DNA of 62,682 nucleotides, filler included, from Welwitschia mirabilis (GCA_051453625.1; 4 parts of one record of this genome joined end to end with filler, not necessarily neighbours in it), one strand, 5' to 3'. Shown: positions 25,176 through 39,666, numbered from the whole stretch's first letter. Program-made: numbers and translations. The notes: a model not told the origin generated them from the sequence alone.

Positions 25176-28100
25176 TCCCCCTTCAAACTTAAGGTGGATT
25201 GATCAAAGCCAACTTGAGTTTGTTGAGTAGATCATGAAACCAGTTTGGAAGATGCGTCTTGGTGAAGATGTCTACTTTCTGACTATCAGAGGAGACAAAG
25301 ACCAACTGAAGAGTACCTTGAGTCACATGATGACAAACAAAATGATAGTCAATCTCAANNNNNNNNNNNNNNNNNNNNNNNNNNNNNNNNNNNNNNNNNN
25401 NNNNNNNNNNNNNNNNNNNNNNNNNNNNNNNNNNNNNNNNNNNNNNNNNNNNNNNNNNNNNNNNNNNNNNNNNNNNNNNNNNNNNNNNNNNNNNNNNNNN
25501 NNNNNNNNNNNNNNNNNNNNNNNNNNNNNNNNNNNNNNNNNNNNNNNNNNNNNNNNNNNNNNNNNNNNNNNNNNNNNNNNNNNNNNNNNNNNNNNNNNNN
25601 NNNNNNNNNNNNNNNNNNNNNNNNNNNNNNNNNNNNNNNNNNNNNNNNNNNNNNNNNNNNNNNNNNNNNNNNNNNNNNNNNNNNNNNNNNNNNNNNNNNN
25701 NNNNNNNNNNNNNNNNNNNNNNNNNNNNNNNNNNNNNNNNNNNNNNNNNNNNNNNNNNNNNNNNNNNNNNNNNNNNNNNNNNNNNNNNNNNNNNNNNNNN
25801 NNNNNNNNNNNNNNNNNNNNNNNNNNNNNNNNNNNNNNNNNNNNNNNNNNNNNNNNNNNNNNNNNNNNNNNNNNNNNNNNNNNNNNNNATTGATCAAAGC
25901 CAACTTGAGTTTGTTGAGTAGATCATGAAACCGGTTTGGAAGATGGGTCTTGGTGAAGATGTTTACTTTCTGACTATCAGAGGAGATAGAGACCAATTGA
26001 AGAGTGCCTTGAGTCACATGATGACAAACAAAATGACGGTCAATCTCAATATGTTTGGTGTGTTCAAGAAAAACATCATTATGAGCCAGTTGAATTGCAC
26101 TCTGATTATACAATGTAACACAGTGGCCGAAGAATGTTGGACATCCATATCAGAAAGTAACCAATGAAGCCATATTAACTCAGATGTGGCATCAACTAGA
26201 GCATGATATTCTGATTCAGTCCTAGAACGAGCAACAACAGTTTTCTTCTTGNNNNNNNNNNNNNNNNNNNNNNNNNNNNNNNNNNNNNNNNNNNNNNNNN
26301 NNNNNNNNNNNNNNNNNNNNNNNNNNNNNNNNNNNNNNNNNNNNNNNNNNNCACCCATATCAGTCAGTAACCAGTGAAGCCATATTAACTCAGATGTGGC
26401 ATCAATTAGAGCACGATATTTTGATTCAGTACTAGAACGAGCAACAACAATTTTCTTCTTGCTTCATCAAGAGATGAGAGAAGAGCCTAAGAAGAAACAA
26501 TAACTTGTAGTAGAGCGATGATCAGTGGGGTCACTAGCCTAATCAGCATCAGCATATCCAGACAAGATCAAGGAGTTGTAAGCANNNNNNNNNNNNNNNN
26601 NNNNNNNNNNNNNNNNNNNNNNNNNNNNNNNNNNNNNNNNNNNNNNNNNNNNNNNNNNNNNNNNNNNNNNNNNNNNNNNNNNNNNNNNNNNNNNNNNNNN
26701 NNNNNNNNNNNNNNNNNNNNNNNNNNNNNNNNNNNNNNNNNNNNNNNNNNNNNNNNNNNNNNNNNNNNNNNNNNNNNNNNNNNNNNNNNNNNNNNNNNNN
26801 NNNNNNNNNNNNNNNNNNNNNNTCCTTACCATCTGTGAATCTAGCACGAAAAAGTAAATTTGAGGCATATTTAGCTTGAGACAAGTAATATCCATCAGAA
26901 TTCTGAGAAACTTCAATACCCAAGAAGTAACTAAGTGGACCAAGATATTTCATTTCAAATTATTGACTGAGATACTATTGAAGATAAAAATTGCATGATA
27001 AGTCATCTCCTATAATGATCATATCATCAACATAAAGGAGAATAAGAACAATACCATTCTCAGTGTGGTGAGNNNNNNNNNNNNNNNNNNNNNNNNNNNN
27101 NNNNNNNNNNNNNNNNNNNNNNNNNNNNNNNNNNNNNNNNNNNNNNNNNNNNNNNNNNNNNNNNNNNNNNNNNNNNNNNNNNNNNNNNNNNNNNNNNNNN
27201 NNNNNNNNNNNNNNNNNNNNNNNNNNNNNNNNNNNNNNNNNNNNNNNNNNNNNNNNNNNNNNNNNNNNNNNNNNNNNNNNNNNNNNNNNNNNNNNNNNNN
27301 NNNNNNNNNNNNNNNNNNNNNNNNNNNNNNNNNNNNNNNNNNNNNNNNNNNNNNNNNNNNNNNNNNNNNNNNNNNNNNNNNNNNNNNNNNNNNNNNNNNN
27401 NNNNNNNNNNNNNNNNNNNNNNNNNNNNNNNNNNNNNNNNNNNNNNNNNNNNNNNNNNNNNNNNNNNNNNNNNNNNNNNNNNNNNNNNNNNNNNNNNNNN
27501 NNNNNNNNNNNNNNNNNNNNNNNNNNNNNNNNNNNNNNNNNNNNNNNNNNNNNNNNNNNNNNNNNNNNNNNNNNNNNNNNNNNNNNNNNNNNNNNNNNNN
27601 NNNNNNNNATGCTCGAGGTGCTTGCTTTAATCCATATAGAGCTCGTTGAAGCTTACAAACTTTTTCAGGAGAGTGTGAATGGCCAGGAGGATGCATATAT
27701 ACTTCCTTGTGCAGATCGCCATTTAGAAAGGCATTTTTAGCATCTATCTAAAGAAGTTGCCATCTTTTAATAGTTGCAACTGCTAGTAAACTCTACACAA
27801 AGATCAATTGAGCTATTGGAGCAAAGATTTCTTCAAAATCTATACCATATTCTTGGGTATAGGCTTTAGCAAGTAAGCAAGCGTTATAATGATCAATGGA
27901 ATCATCTAAACAAGTTTTGATTTTATAAATCCATTTGGCTTTGATTGGGGTCTTACAAGGGGGTAGATCAACCAATTTCCAAGTCTGAGTTTTCTCTAAA
28001 GCTTGAAGTTCTTCATTCATCGCTTGCTGCTAAAGAGGATTAGTACTTGCCTCACGATAAGTGCTAGGTTCATGGAAGACAGCATAAAGCTTAGAAACAA

Positions 28101-31100
28101 TCATAATTAGATAAACATTGAGGTGCTTCTCTCACCTGAGTACTACGACGAGGNNNNNNNNNNTCTACATTTGGCGTGCTTTCAACAGGAGTGTCGTGAG
28201 ACAAAGAAGAAGTGTTCAGCTTCTTATGCAAGTTTATATCAGGACTAGGAAATAATTCAACAGAGGGATCTATAAACAACAGAGATGAAGTGGTAACAGA
28301 GAGTTAAAATTTAGAGAGAGAAGAAAATATAGTATTTTCCCAGAAAGTGACATGACAAGAAATATGAATACATCAAGAGATATAATCCCAACATCTACAC
28401 CCTTTATGTTCAGTTGCATATCCAAGAAAGCAATATAAACGAGCTTGAGTTCTAACTTTGTGTATTCATGATCTTATAGAAGAACAAAACACACACATCT
28501 AAAAGGTTTCAGAACTGAGTAATCGGGTAGAGTTCTAAATAATCTCTGATGAGGAGAAAGATTATTAGGAATAGGGGTAGGACTTCAATTTATAGTAAAA
28601 ACAGCTATAAGGTTAGCTTCTCCCCAAAATCTTTCAGGGCAAGAAGAAGAGAGTAACTGAGCACGAACAGTATCAAGAATGTGACAATATTTTTGTTCAG
28701 CCCTCCCATTTTACTGTGAGGTACTAGGACATGATCGCTAGATGATACGAACCTGTTCACTAAGGAATTGGAATAATGAAGACTCCTTGTATTTAGTGGC
28801 ATTGTCGGTATGGAGAACCTTAATTTTCTAAGAAAACGGAGTTCCTATCATAAGGGCAAATTTGATATAAACTTATGATAGTTCAGAACGATGCNNNNNN
28901 NNNNTATCGATAACCATTCATTATTGCAATCAAGGAAGATCCCCAAATATCAGACTGAACAAGTTCAAATGGACAATTAGAAACAGAAGTACTATTACTA
29001 AAGGTCATGGTTGGTTGTTTTCCCAGTTGAAATGAATGCAACGGAATGGTTCAAATTTAGATAAACCTAATAGACCATGAGAAATTAAAGACTGAAGTTT
29101 GGTAGTAGATGCATGTCTAATATGTAGATGCCACTGGTAGGTAGAAGAATCGATGTTCACTATAGATATATGATGAGGAGGAAGATGCATAGACTGGAGC
29201 TCAAACAATCTTCCCACTCGATGACCCGTCTTGGCCTGTCTATGGATCCTGGGCCTGACAAGCAGAATGAGAAAAGATAACTTTAAAGCCTTGTTTAAAC
29301 AGTTGACCAACAAAAATAAGATTTAGGTTTAAATTTGGGACACAATAAGTGTCTAGGAGATTAGGATAAGAGGTAGTAACATGACCATTGTGTGTGACTA
29401 GCATTTTATTACCATTAGCAGTATGTATAGGTGGTAAAGAAAGGGCCAATGTTTTAGGGATTAAAATGTTAGAATTAAGAGTTATGTGATTGCAACAGGC
29501 AAAATCAAATAGCCAAGAAGAATTACTTTAAGTGGTTGACATGGCAGACGAAGAATTTGAAGAGATCACCTACTTAAGAAGGGCTTGGAGATCACTTATG
29601 GTAATGGAACTAGAATTGTCAGTGGTAGCAACAACAATGGATGAAGACCCAGGCTTCGAGATAACTCAAGACTTAAAAATTTCACAAGTAGAACGCGAAG
29701 GTCAAGTAGGATAATTTGGCTTGATATAACCAAGGCCATGGTAATACCTGCATTCTATAGTTGGATAATTTGCAAATAAATGACCAAATTGATTGTAATT
29801 CTTACACAAATGAGCACTAGATTTCTGAGAGGATCTGGAGGTAGTAGTGGCAAGGATCACATCAGATGGAGCAGTCTTGTTTAATTGAAGACAAGTCTTC
29901 TTAAAAATTATTTCTTGAATAGCAGCTTCAAGAGTAGGCAGGAGATTACGACGCAACAAAGTAGTCTTGGCTGTCATTGACCTTGGCCTGAGAGAGTTGG
30001 TCCCAAATGGGCTGAAATTAAGTAAGAAAATCATTGATGGACTAACCAGGTTCTTGCTTAATATTATGAAGAACAGTCCACAACTGATAGTGGTGTGCTA
30101 AACCAGTATTGGTGTATCGATCTGCTAAGAAATCCCAAATATCTTTTGCAGTTTTAAAATGGGAAAATTGACTGTGAATAGATGGTATCGATGTATTACA
30201 AAACCAGGTGATTATCTGATAATTTTACTATCCCAATATTCAAGATGATCAGTAAATTTTGTCACAGCTTCGTCTTTTCCTTTGATTAGTTTAGCAATAT
30301 CACTAGTAACAATTCTCCATAATTTTTTCCTAATTAGAAAACTTTTCATAACTTGAGCTCATAAATTTTAATTAGATCCATTTAGAATAGTAGAAATGGG
30401 CATAGTTACCTGGGCAGAACCATCTGATTTGTCCATTGGAAAGTTGATTTGGATCATAGTACTGGTTGTGTAGTGAATCTAGCCGGTGCATCACTAGGCT
30501 ATGGCGGATGAACAGGAAACTGATCAGCATGGTTGATTTGTGCTCATCAAAGGGTGGTGGCATGACTGAAAGAATTGGCTTTGGACAGAGACGAAACACC
30601 CTCAAACAGGTTGTGGATATCATGCTAGGCGATGCAAAGAAGGTCATTATGCTTGAATTCAACCCGAAACAGACACCAAGATTCACAGAAAATGAAAAAC
30701 AGCCTCAAGATTAGAAGAAGAGGGTAATGAGGAGGAAGAAAGTGGAGGGGGCCCGTGAAAGAGGCAGAGATTTTGTAAAGGTAGCTCAGTTTGTCTCTGA
30801 AAATGGTTTCAAATTAGCCTATGCAACTAAAGATGGTGCAGAGGGTCTAATTTAAAGAAAGAAGGGGAAAAAAGGAGGCTTTTAATTGTTTAATTGATTC
30901 TTGTTCTGAAAGGCCCTTCCAGGGTTTCCACAAGAGAAGCTAAAGGAATACCCACAGCTGACAATTTTCTACAATGAAACAGTCAATACATACACCGTTT
31001 CACATGAAAAGGCTCAAGAAATAATAAGGTTTGCAACTTCTAACTTCCCAAATGAACCGACAAGCATTGACCTCAAACTAGAATAAATATCTTCTTCTGC

Positions 31101-31338
31101 ACCTCCATCTCTAATTGACGAAAAAATCCAAAGTTATCAACGAGACTATCGCAGATGAGAAAGAGATCCGCGAAAGCATGACTAAGGCAGGGGCTGAGAG
31201 CAAGAGAGTAGTGGGAGTAGTAGGAGAGCAGACACAAGGCAGTGATGAGTTACATAGGAGACAACATCTTCTATAGAAAGACAACATTAAACGAGCGACC
31301 TAGAGGAACACAGAAGCCAAAACCTTGCTCTGATATCA

Positions 31339-31504
31339 TATTAATTTGAAAGAAATTTCTATATTTCATCACTACTAATGCATATACACACTACGCTTAT
31401 ATAGGCTTAGAGGAATGTAAAAAAATAACAAGAGATGAGAAGATATCCCAAGAAATATGCTAATCATCCCAAAAATATGCTAAATTTCTAATATTATGCT
31501 AACA
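31339..31504 (-). repeat. 5' LTR of the Copia element
   Basis: Direct repeat of 25010-25175; adjacent to the tRNA-iMet-type PBS. Confidence 0.95.
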
Positions 31505-31925
31505 TTTAATATGGACTGGAAGCTCGTCCTTCACACAGTGGGTGTAATTCTGGATGCCCTCATTAAAAATAGTAGAACTAAAACAAATGTAGGTTAGTTA
31601 TTTATAAAGATGATGCAAAAGAAAATGCTTACATTTCAAGTGTAGAAGTAAAGTAGATACTTGAGGTGCGCCCTTAGCTTGAGGCATTGGTGTTAGCATG
31701 TAATCTTTGTTTGCATATGTTTCCCATAATTTAACTTAATTTTCCTCTTTTTTGGATGTGTGTTACTATTTTGCTATTAATGGATAAATTGCTTATTGGT
31801 TTTCCTATGAGAAAAGCAATAAATAAATGCTGCTTCTTGTTTCATACTTTTGGGGCCTCTCTAAGATTCTAAAGGGAATATTCAGTGATGGAGAACAGTA
31901 ATAATACAATTCCATTTGTTATTTT

Positions 31926-32159
31926 TTATGGACATTCTTTGGATCAGAGGATGGTGATGAGCTCAAGAGAGAGTGTTTTTATAGGGCTCCCATCAGTAGC
32001 AGCACATACAGATTCAAGGTTTTTCATAATATCATTATCAATTTTCCTTAGAAGTTCAAGGTTTTTGGCCTTATTAATGAAGCCCATTGCCTCAAGATCC
32101 CAAACAAGTTTATGTTCTCAAATAGTTGTGTTCCCATTGATATCAGTTTTAATTTTCAA
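31926..32159 (-). pseudogene. Possible NLR-type leucine-rich-repeat fragment
   Basis: Minus frame ...AKNLELLRKIDNDIMKNLESVCAATDGSPIKTLSLELITIL*SKECP resembles the LxxLxLxxLPNLESIC...LxIxxCP pattern of CC-NLR C-terminal LRRs; two internal stops; resemblance only. Confidence 0.3.
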
Positions 32160-33649
32160 CAATAAAAAATTTATGAGTATGCAATAACAAGTTTATGAGT
32201 ATGCATGTAATGTAGTTTATACGACAAGAAGAGAATGGTAAATCATTGAGCATGACCTTTTCCACCTCTATAGTAGATGAAACATTGAAATAATCCTGCA
32301 TTGATCACCAGTATCCTTACAAAATACCCTCAAATGTGAAATTTATGAAGTCCTAATAGGAGGAGGGTAAGGGAAATAGGAAGTATCTTTTCTTTTCTCT
32401 TAGTGAAAGGCTGGGCCATTAAGCCTACCACTCACTTTAATTACATCTCCTCTTCCCTCTTTTTTCAACTGGCTATTGTAACTGGGTTCATTAAATAATA
32501 AGGAATTTATGATCAAACCAATAAGTCGATTTATGATAAAATGAAAAATGTATTTTAGCTTAATAATATTATTAGTTAATAGACTTTTGAAAAATAAAAT
32601 TTACACATTCATATTTTCTTCTTAAGTTTCTTTCTATTTTTACTCTATGGAGCCCCCCTTCAATTTCCAAATACTACCCACAGAGAGATACCATCACACT
32701 TGACAGATAATATAGTCCATCATGTGAAAATATTGGCTCACAATTTTCTCGAGAAATTTTTGTAGCATAAGATTTCAGTAGCTATAAATAAAAAAATCAT
32801 TTTTGAAATATGAAAAGATGGAAGAAATAACAAAAAAACTAAAATTGAGCATTCTTTCATGAAAAATGGCTTTTGGTTAGGGGCCAAAAATTTTATCATT
32901 TCCACAATTCTTTCTTTTGTACTAGTATGCCACAAGGTATCAACATTACTTCAAAATTTTAAGGCCTCTTTTTCCATAACAAAATTGTCCTTATCCTCCT
33001 CTACCTTTGCATCTACTGCTTTGTGTCTTAGATTCACCTACAATTCCAAGGTTGTGGTTTCCCACCAATGGATCTAGGAAGAAGAAAGACAATATGGATT
33101 GAAGGAGTCTAGATGCATAAGTAGAGAATAATAATGTTTGGAATGAGAGATCTTTGGAGTTATTGTGTTAATCATCTTTATGTGCATCTCTAGAATGGAA
33201 TGTTGGAATGCCAATACTAGGTAATGCTAATATCTGGAATCCATCTTATGATCTGCTCCCAAAAACACTCAATTTTGAAATGAACGCAGGGCAAAATGTG
33301 TAGCTAAAAATCTAAAATCTGCATAAAGTAAAAGAAATACATGCATAGTAGGGTTTGATGATCATTCCTTCACCTTGTGGCCATCATGTTTATGGACATC
33401 ATGTGGCCCACTCCATTTTAAACAATGAATCAGATTTGTAGTGATGTGGCCCATCTGATTGATTTAGAAATAGGCTATAGGTGACTCAAGTTTTTTTTTC
33501 CCATCACTTCTCTTTTTGAACGCCTCCATCTTTGACTTTTCTATTTTCAATGTTCTCCGTCCTACTAAGTGTGCTTGACTCTCCAACATTCTTACTCTGT
33601 TTCTAATGTTCTTGTCATTGCTATATGCATTTGATAAAAAATAACACTC

Positions 33650-35619
33650 TGACAAGTATCTTCTCTGATATGATTGAGGAATTTCATGAAGTTTCCATTG
33701 ATGGAGTTTCTATTTTTGATGAAACCTTGGATTTATGTCTAGATCATTTGGAATTTATCCTTATGCATTATAAAGATAAAAATCTTATTTTTAATTGGGA
33801 GAAATGTAATTTCATGATTGTAAATAGTATAGTTTGACATGTGATTTCTAAGAAAGGGATAGAAATAAACCTTGCTAAAGTTTAACTTATCACTCATCTT
33901 GTCATTCCTGAAAGTATTAAGGGCCTTAAATATTTTCTTAGATATTCTAGTTTTGAGAGAGGGTTCATTCATGACCTATAGATTTTTAAAGACTTTCACT
34001 AGTATGAATCATTAAAGATGTTTTCTATTAAATGTAATAATACCTTTCAAAAATTAAAAATCTATTGACTTCATCTCTTATCTTATAACCTTCTAGTTAG
34101 TCTCTTTCTTTTGAGCTATTATGAGTAATTATGTTATTGGAGTAGCTTTATATCAACAAAAGCATATAAAAATATATGCTATTTACCATGTAAGCAAAAC
34201 ATTACAAAGGTTTAATGAAATCGTATAATAACTTAAAAAGTTCTTCTAGCAATAGTTTTTGTCCTGTAAAAATTTAGATCATATCTTATAGGTGTGAAAA
34301 CCATCATATTCACTAATTTTTCTACTCTTAAATACTAGTTAGATAAGAGAGATAAGGCTAGATTAATGAGAGAGATACTACTTTTATAAGAATTTATTCT
34401 TAAAATGAAGAATAAGAAAGAAGTAGAAAATTTAGTTGTTGAACACTTAGACCACACTAGGCCTTACCTTTCACCTCCTTTAAGTTCGCTTCCTATGAAT
34501 AACTCATTTCTTGATGAATATCTTCTATATTACAAGAGGAATGTGAGTATGCTAGTACAGTAAAGTATCTTCTCCCTTACAAACTACTCGATCATTAGAA
34601 TGCTTAAGATAAAAAGTAATTCTTGTATGATGTAAATAAGCAGTTTTGAAACGAGTCTTACCTTTTCAATTATGGCTTTAACTAAAGAATTTGTATGTGT
34701 ATTTTATAATTAGAAATTTTAAATGTCTTAAAATTTACACATGATGGAGTGTATGGAGGTTCTATATATGAGGAAGAATTCTCATAAAATACTTTATGTG
34801 GACTGTATTGGCTAACTCTTTTCAAAGATGCTTATAAACATTATAAAGCTTATAATGAATGTTAATAATTAGGTAGCATAAAAAAGAGAGATATAATGCC
34901 ACTTTCTCCTATTCTTGAGATTGAACTATTTAATGTTTGAAGTATAGATTTTATTAAGCTATTTTCTTCATCTTTTAGATACCTATGTGTATATTGGTTT
35001 ATGTAGATTACATTCTTAAGTAGTGTAAAGCTATTCCAACTAGAACTGATGATGCTAGAGTTGTTGGGAGATTCTTAAAAGAACATATCCTATCTTGCTT
35101 TAACCATTCTAAAGCTAACATTACTGAAAAAGGAACTAAATTTTCTAACAGGATACTAAATAATTTGATGAAAAGATATTAAATAACTCAGAAAGTTGCA
35201 ATATCTTATCATCCATAAATCAATAATCAAGTAGAGGTTACTAAACAAGAGCTAAAAAAGATTCTATTAATAAAAAAAAAAAGTAAAGTATAAGAGAAAA
35301 GGTTAGTTCCTCCACATTAACAATGATCTTTGGGCTAAAGGACTATCTATAAGACTTTTATTGAAATGTTACCCTAATTAATTATATTAAAAAATCTTGT
35401 TACCTTTTCTTAAAAATTGAAGATAAAATTATTAGAGCCATAAAACAGCTAAATTAAAACTTGAATGAAGATTTAGAATTTTGGAAGATTAACCTAAATT
35501 AACTTAAAGAAATTAGAAATAAATTCCATAAAAATAAAAAAAAAATCAAATACAAAGAATGAAATCCTATTATGATAGGCACATCCTTAGGAAATTCTTT
35601 GAACCTAATAACTTAGTTT
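33650..35619 (+). pseudogene. Ty3/Gypsy (Athila-like) pol remnant: RT end, RNase H, integrase
   Basis: IFSDMIEEFHEVSIDGVSIF...LIFNWEKCNFM (RT); CGLYWLTLFKDAY...IMPLSPILEIELFNV*SIDF (integrase); ends at YDRHILRKFFEPNNLV where a SIRE-like LTR begins. Confidence 0.88.
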
Positions 35620-37267
35620 TGTAGGATCTAGAATCCTAGGATCTAAAAATAAATTCAAAAGATATCTCCACCAAGTATTAAATACTAAAAATATTTGTGC
35701 ATATGAAACAACAAAAATTCTCTGAAAGAAAAATAACTAAAAATAAAAAATACCAATGGAGAATATCAGACACATGATTTATAGTGGTTACAAAAACCCC
35801 CTACTCCACTCTCAATAATCAGCTTCTATCCAAGACTAATCTAGATCTTTGTTACTCACTTTCCAAGTACCTCAGGTTCACTTATAACCTTTTACAATCG
35901 AACTTTTTAGAGGCTCAGTCTCAACCTTTTGAAAGAATGATTTTTGGTGTCAATAGCATGTTACAATGCATAGGATTCACTAGATCTGAAGTACAAAAAA
36001 ATAGTACTATACTATTTGAGAATGATATCACAAACATAAGTACATATGATGAAAACTAATTAAATAAAGGGTTGATTTTGAGACTAAAAAATATATAGGA
36101 GATGCATTTTAGGGTTTTATAAGTAGATTTGATTCTTTAACAAATAAAAATAGAAAGGCACTGGCTAGAAAAAATTCCATTTCTGTCATGACTAGTCAAC
36201 CCCTCAAAATGTTTGGTCAACCCCATTGAGTATTGTCATTGAAGTCAATCGATCCCATCTTCTTATAGTCGAACTGAGTTCTTTATGCCCCCCTGTTTGA
36301 TTTACTCCATTTGAAATTTGATCTACTTCATAAGTCTAGGTCCAGTCAACTACATTTTCATCTAGTCAACCCCATGTGAAGAATAGTTGAAACACGTGTT
36401 TAGCCCAAGTCCAGTCAAACTAGAGAATCTGCTTGATCCCTTAATGATAAAAGGTTGAATACATTTTTAGTCTAGGTTCAGTTGATTTTTTAGGAATCTG
36501 GTTGACCCCTTGATGAACAGATGTGATAAATTATCGTACAAGTTCAGTTGACCTTTTAGGAATCTAGTCAATCACTCAGTAATTTGGTTTTAAGACTTCT
36601 TGGTATAGGTCCAGTCGACTCCTTAGGAATCTAGCCAATCTCTTTGAGGGACTGTAACTTGTCAGGTTCAAGCATGACTAGTAATAAATGTTTGTTACTT
36701 CTAACTTATAAGGATTAATATTTTTTGCAAGAAATATAACACTTTTTTTCTATACCAAAAAATGTTAATTTGACATCAAATTGATAAATTATAACTTAAC
36801 AATCTCCCCCTTTGACATTAATGGTAAACTATAATTAGTTGAAAATATTAATTTAAAAACCATCTTTAGAAAATTCCCACTAGATTTGGGAAAGAGTATT
36901 GATGATATTTATTTTAATTAAGCATTCATAATGGTTTTTCAAAGAGAGCCATATTTATAAACAAATTAAAAATATAGTACATGAGACATATAATAGATAT
37001 GACAAAATCATGATTCATGGGAAATATAATATGCATTAATAGATAAGAAAAATTATACCAAATGCATTTCTATTAATTAGATTTAAGTAGTACAACTGAA
37101 AGATACTTTATGAGAAAAACTATTATAATTGAGAATAATTGATAATAACTGATTTTAGAAACTACCATTTCTTCACCTTTTGACATCAATGACAAGGAAG
37201 AGAAAAAAGAAAGTAACAAGATCAAACTAGAATAACAGAAAAATAACTGAGAAAATAGTAAATTAAT

Positions 37268-38297
37268 CTAATTTTTCTTCTTCTTCCTCCTCAATTCTTC
37301 TTCAGAATTTGGGTCTTCCTCTTCTTCTTCTTAGGCTGCCTTTTGATCAGAGCTACCAGCTTCTTGAAAGGTGTTTGTAACATAATATCCTACTATATTG
37401 GGAGCCTCTTTCATGTGCCAAGTATGAGAATCTACCCTCTTAAGGTACTAAAGATTATTTTCAAGAAAGGCTTACTTCAAAGAAGGAGACTTAGAAGATT
37501 TCTTAGATCCGGAGAAAATGTGCATGCAGAACAAAGTTGCACACTTGAAAGATATAGGAGTTAAAGTTTCTAGCTTGGAGTGTAGCTAGACTTTAAAATA
37601 ATGACAGATATTTTTAATCAAAACAAAATAAGAAAGTGCCCTAGTTTTATGATATTCCAACTAAGAGATCATACTTTTAAGAATAATGGCAAAAGCATCA
37701 ATGGAATGACCAGTTCATACTAAATACAATAGATAAGCATGATAGTTAGAGGTCTCATCACGATGACCTGCAAGAGATGAGAAATTATAAGTAAAAACTG
37801 AATGAAGAAAATGGTATTTAAAGGTAAGATGATAGGTGTAGAGGGTGGTTTTCCACTGAATGAGCTTACCATAGAGTTTCCTAGTGACCTCTAAATTATC
37901 CTCCATGGGGTTACATAAGGGTTAAAACTCCTCATATTTGTGAGGGGGGATATTAGATCTATAGTAACTCTAGTTATTCTCCCAAAACAAGGGTTTTAAG
38001 GATAGAAGAATCAGCATCAAATGAAGCATTACAGTAAAACATACAAGTAAGAAAAGGGTAGGCTAACTCAAAAATTTTAAGAAAATAAGAAAGATCAAGT
38101 TCATTTAACAGCCTTACCACATCCCTTAACTCTCTAAATTCCCTAGAAGTAATAGGCCTTTCTTCACAAACAGGCTTTTTTTTAAACTTCTCAAATAACT
38201 TATCCAAAGTCTCAACTAACATTCTAGAGTAAAAATACCATGGATCTTTATTAGCTGACTCCTTCTAATGAGCTCTTCTAAAGGGACCCTCTGTCAT
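37268..38297 (-). pseudogene. SIRE env-like accessory ORF, copy 1 (decayed)
   Basis: Lies between pol and the 3' LTR on the pol strand; contains FLKIFELAYPFLTCMFYCN and an acidic Glu-rich C-terminus. Confidence 0.65.
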
Positions 38298-38630
38298 TAA
38301 AGCACATGGTACTTTCTAAAGATAAAAGAAATGGAGCAAGATGGNNNNNNNNNNNNNNNNNNNNNNNNNNNNNNNNNNNNNNNNNNNNNNNNNNNNNNNN
38401 NNNNNNNNNNNNNNNNNNNNNNNNNNNNNNNNNNNNNNNNNNNNTCATATTTAAATATTACAACTAAAATATACTTTGAAAGAAAAACTATTAAAATTGG
38501 GAAAAACTGATAATAAATGATTTTAGAACTAATACTCCTTTTGACATTAATAACAAAGGAGAGAAAAGGAAAGTAATAAGAACAAACTTAAACAACAGAA
38601 AGAAAACAAAAAAGACAATAACAAATTAAT

Positions 38631-39666
38631 CTAATTCTTCTTCTTCCTCATCCTCAAATTCTTCTTTAGAATATGGGTCTCCTTCTTTTTCTTCTTCAGT
38701 CACCTTTTGAGCAAAGATACCAGCTTCCTCAAAAGTATCTACTACCTTGTACCCTATTGCAATGATTCTTATTCCAAGTGCAAGAATATAGCCTCTTAAG
38801 GTTTGAAAGTATCTCTTTAGGAAAGGATTGCTTTAGAAAAGAAGACTTGGAAGATTTCTTATATCTAGAGAAAATATGCATGTGAGACAAAGTTGCATGT
38901 CTAATGGAAGACATAGGAGTTAAGGTTTTAAGATTGGGATGCAGTTGGACTCTAAAACAATAACAGATATTAGCAATTAAAATGGAGTAAGGAAGATTCT
39001 AGTTTTATGATATTCTAAGAGATCATATTTTTAAGAATAATGGTAGAAGCATCAATGGAATAACCAGTTCTTACCAAATACAACAAATATTCATGATAGT
39101 TAAAGGTTTCATCACGATGATCCACAAGAGGTAAGAAATTATAAGTAAAAACTAAATAGAGAAAATGGTATTTTGGGGTATGGTAAGAGGTGGAAAGGGT
39201 GGTTTTCTATCAAATTCGTTTACCATAAAGTTCCATGATGACCTCCGCCTTATCCTCCATGGAGTCATGCATAGGTCAAAAATCCTCATAACCTCTTTTA
39301 GGAAGATTTGTGAGTGACGCTATTAAATCTTCTATAAATCTAATCTTTTTTTTCATTACAAGGGCTGTAAGGGTAGAGGAAACAGCATCAAATGAAGCAT
39401 TACAATAAAACATACAGGTAATAAAAGGGTAGGTTGATCCAAAAATCTTAAAAAAATAAGAAAGATTAAGTTTATTTATGGCCTTACCACATCTCTTAGC
39501 TCTCTGAGTTCCCTAGAAGCAACAAGTCTTTCCTAATAGATGGGACTCTTATCAAACTTCTTAAATAAATTATTCAAATCTTATCTAACATTTTAAAATA
39601 AAAATATCCTGAGTCTTTACTAATGGGCTCCCTCTAATGAGCTCTTCTGGAGGAATCCTCTGCCAT
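38631..39666 (-). pseudogene. SIRE env-like accessory ORF, copy 2 (decayed)
   Basis: Collinear with 37268-38297 over its full length (shared agcatcaaatgaagcattaca, agcatcaatggaat) but clearly diverged. Confidence 0.65.

Larger units (their letters stand above)
25010..31504 (-). mobile_element. Full-length decayed Ty1/Copia retrotransposon with short LTRs (Ale/Retrofit-like)
   Basis: 166-bp LTRs 25010-25175 and 31339-31504 (about 90% alike by eye); perfect TTTAA TSD (25005-25009, 31505-31509); PBS gctctgatatca 31327-31338; PPT complement tccccc after 25175; gag, protease, integrase, RT ([20 protein letters not shown]) and RNase H (HTKHIEIDRHFV) in Copia order. Confidence 0.95.

Noticed and set aside
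25200..26461. Repeated RNase H segments inside the Copia element
   Set aside because: Each repeat abuts an N gap; most simply overlapping contig ends or sequence from sister copies, so no real duplication can be claimed.
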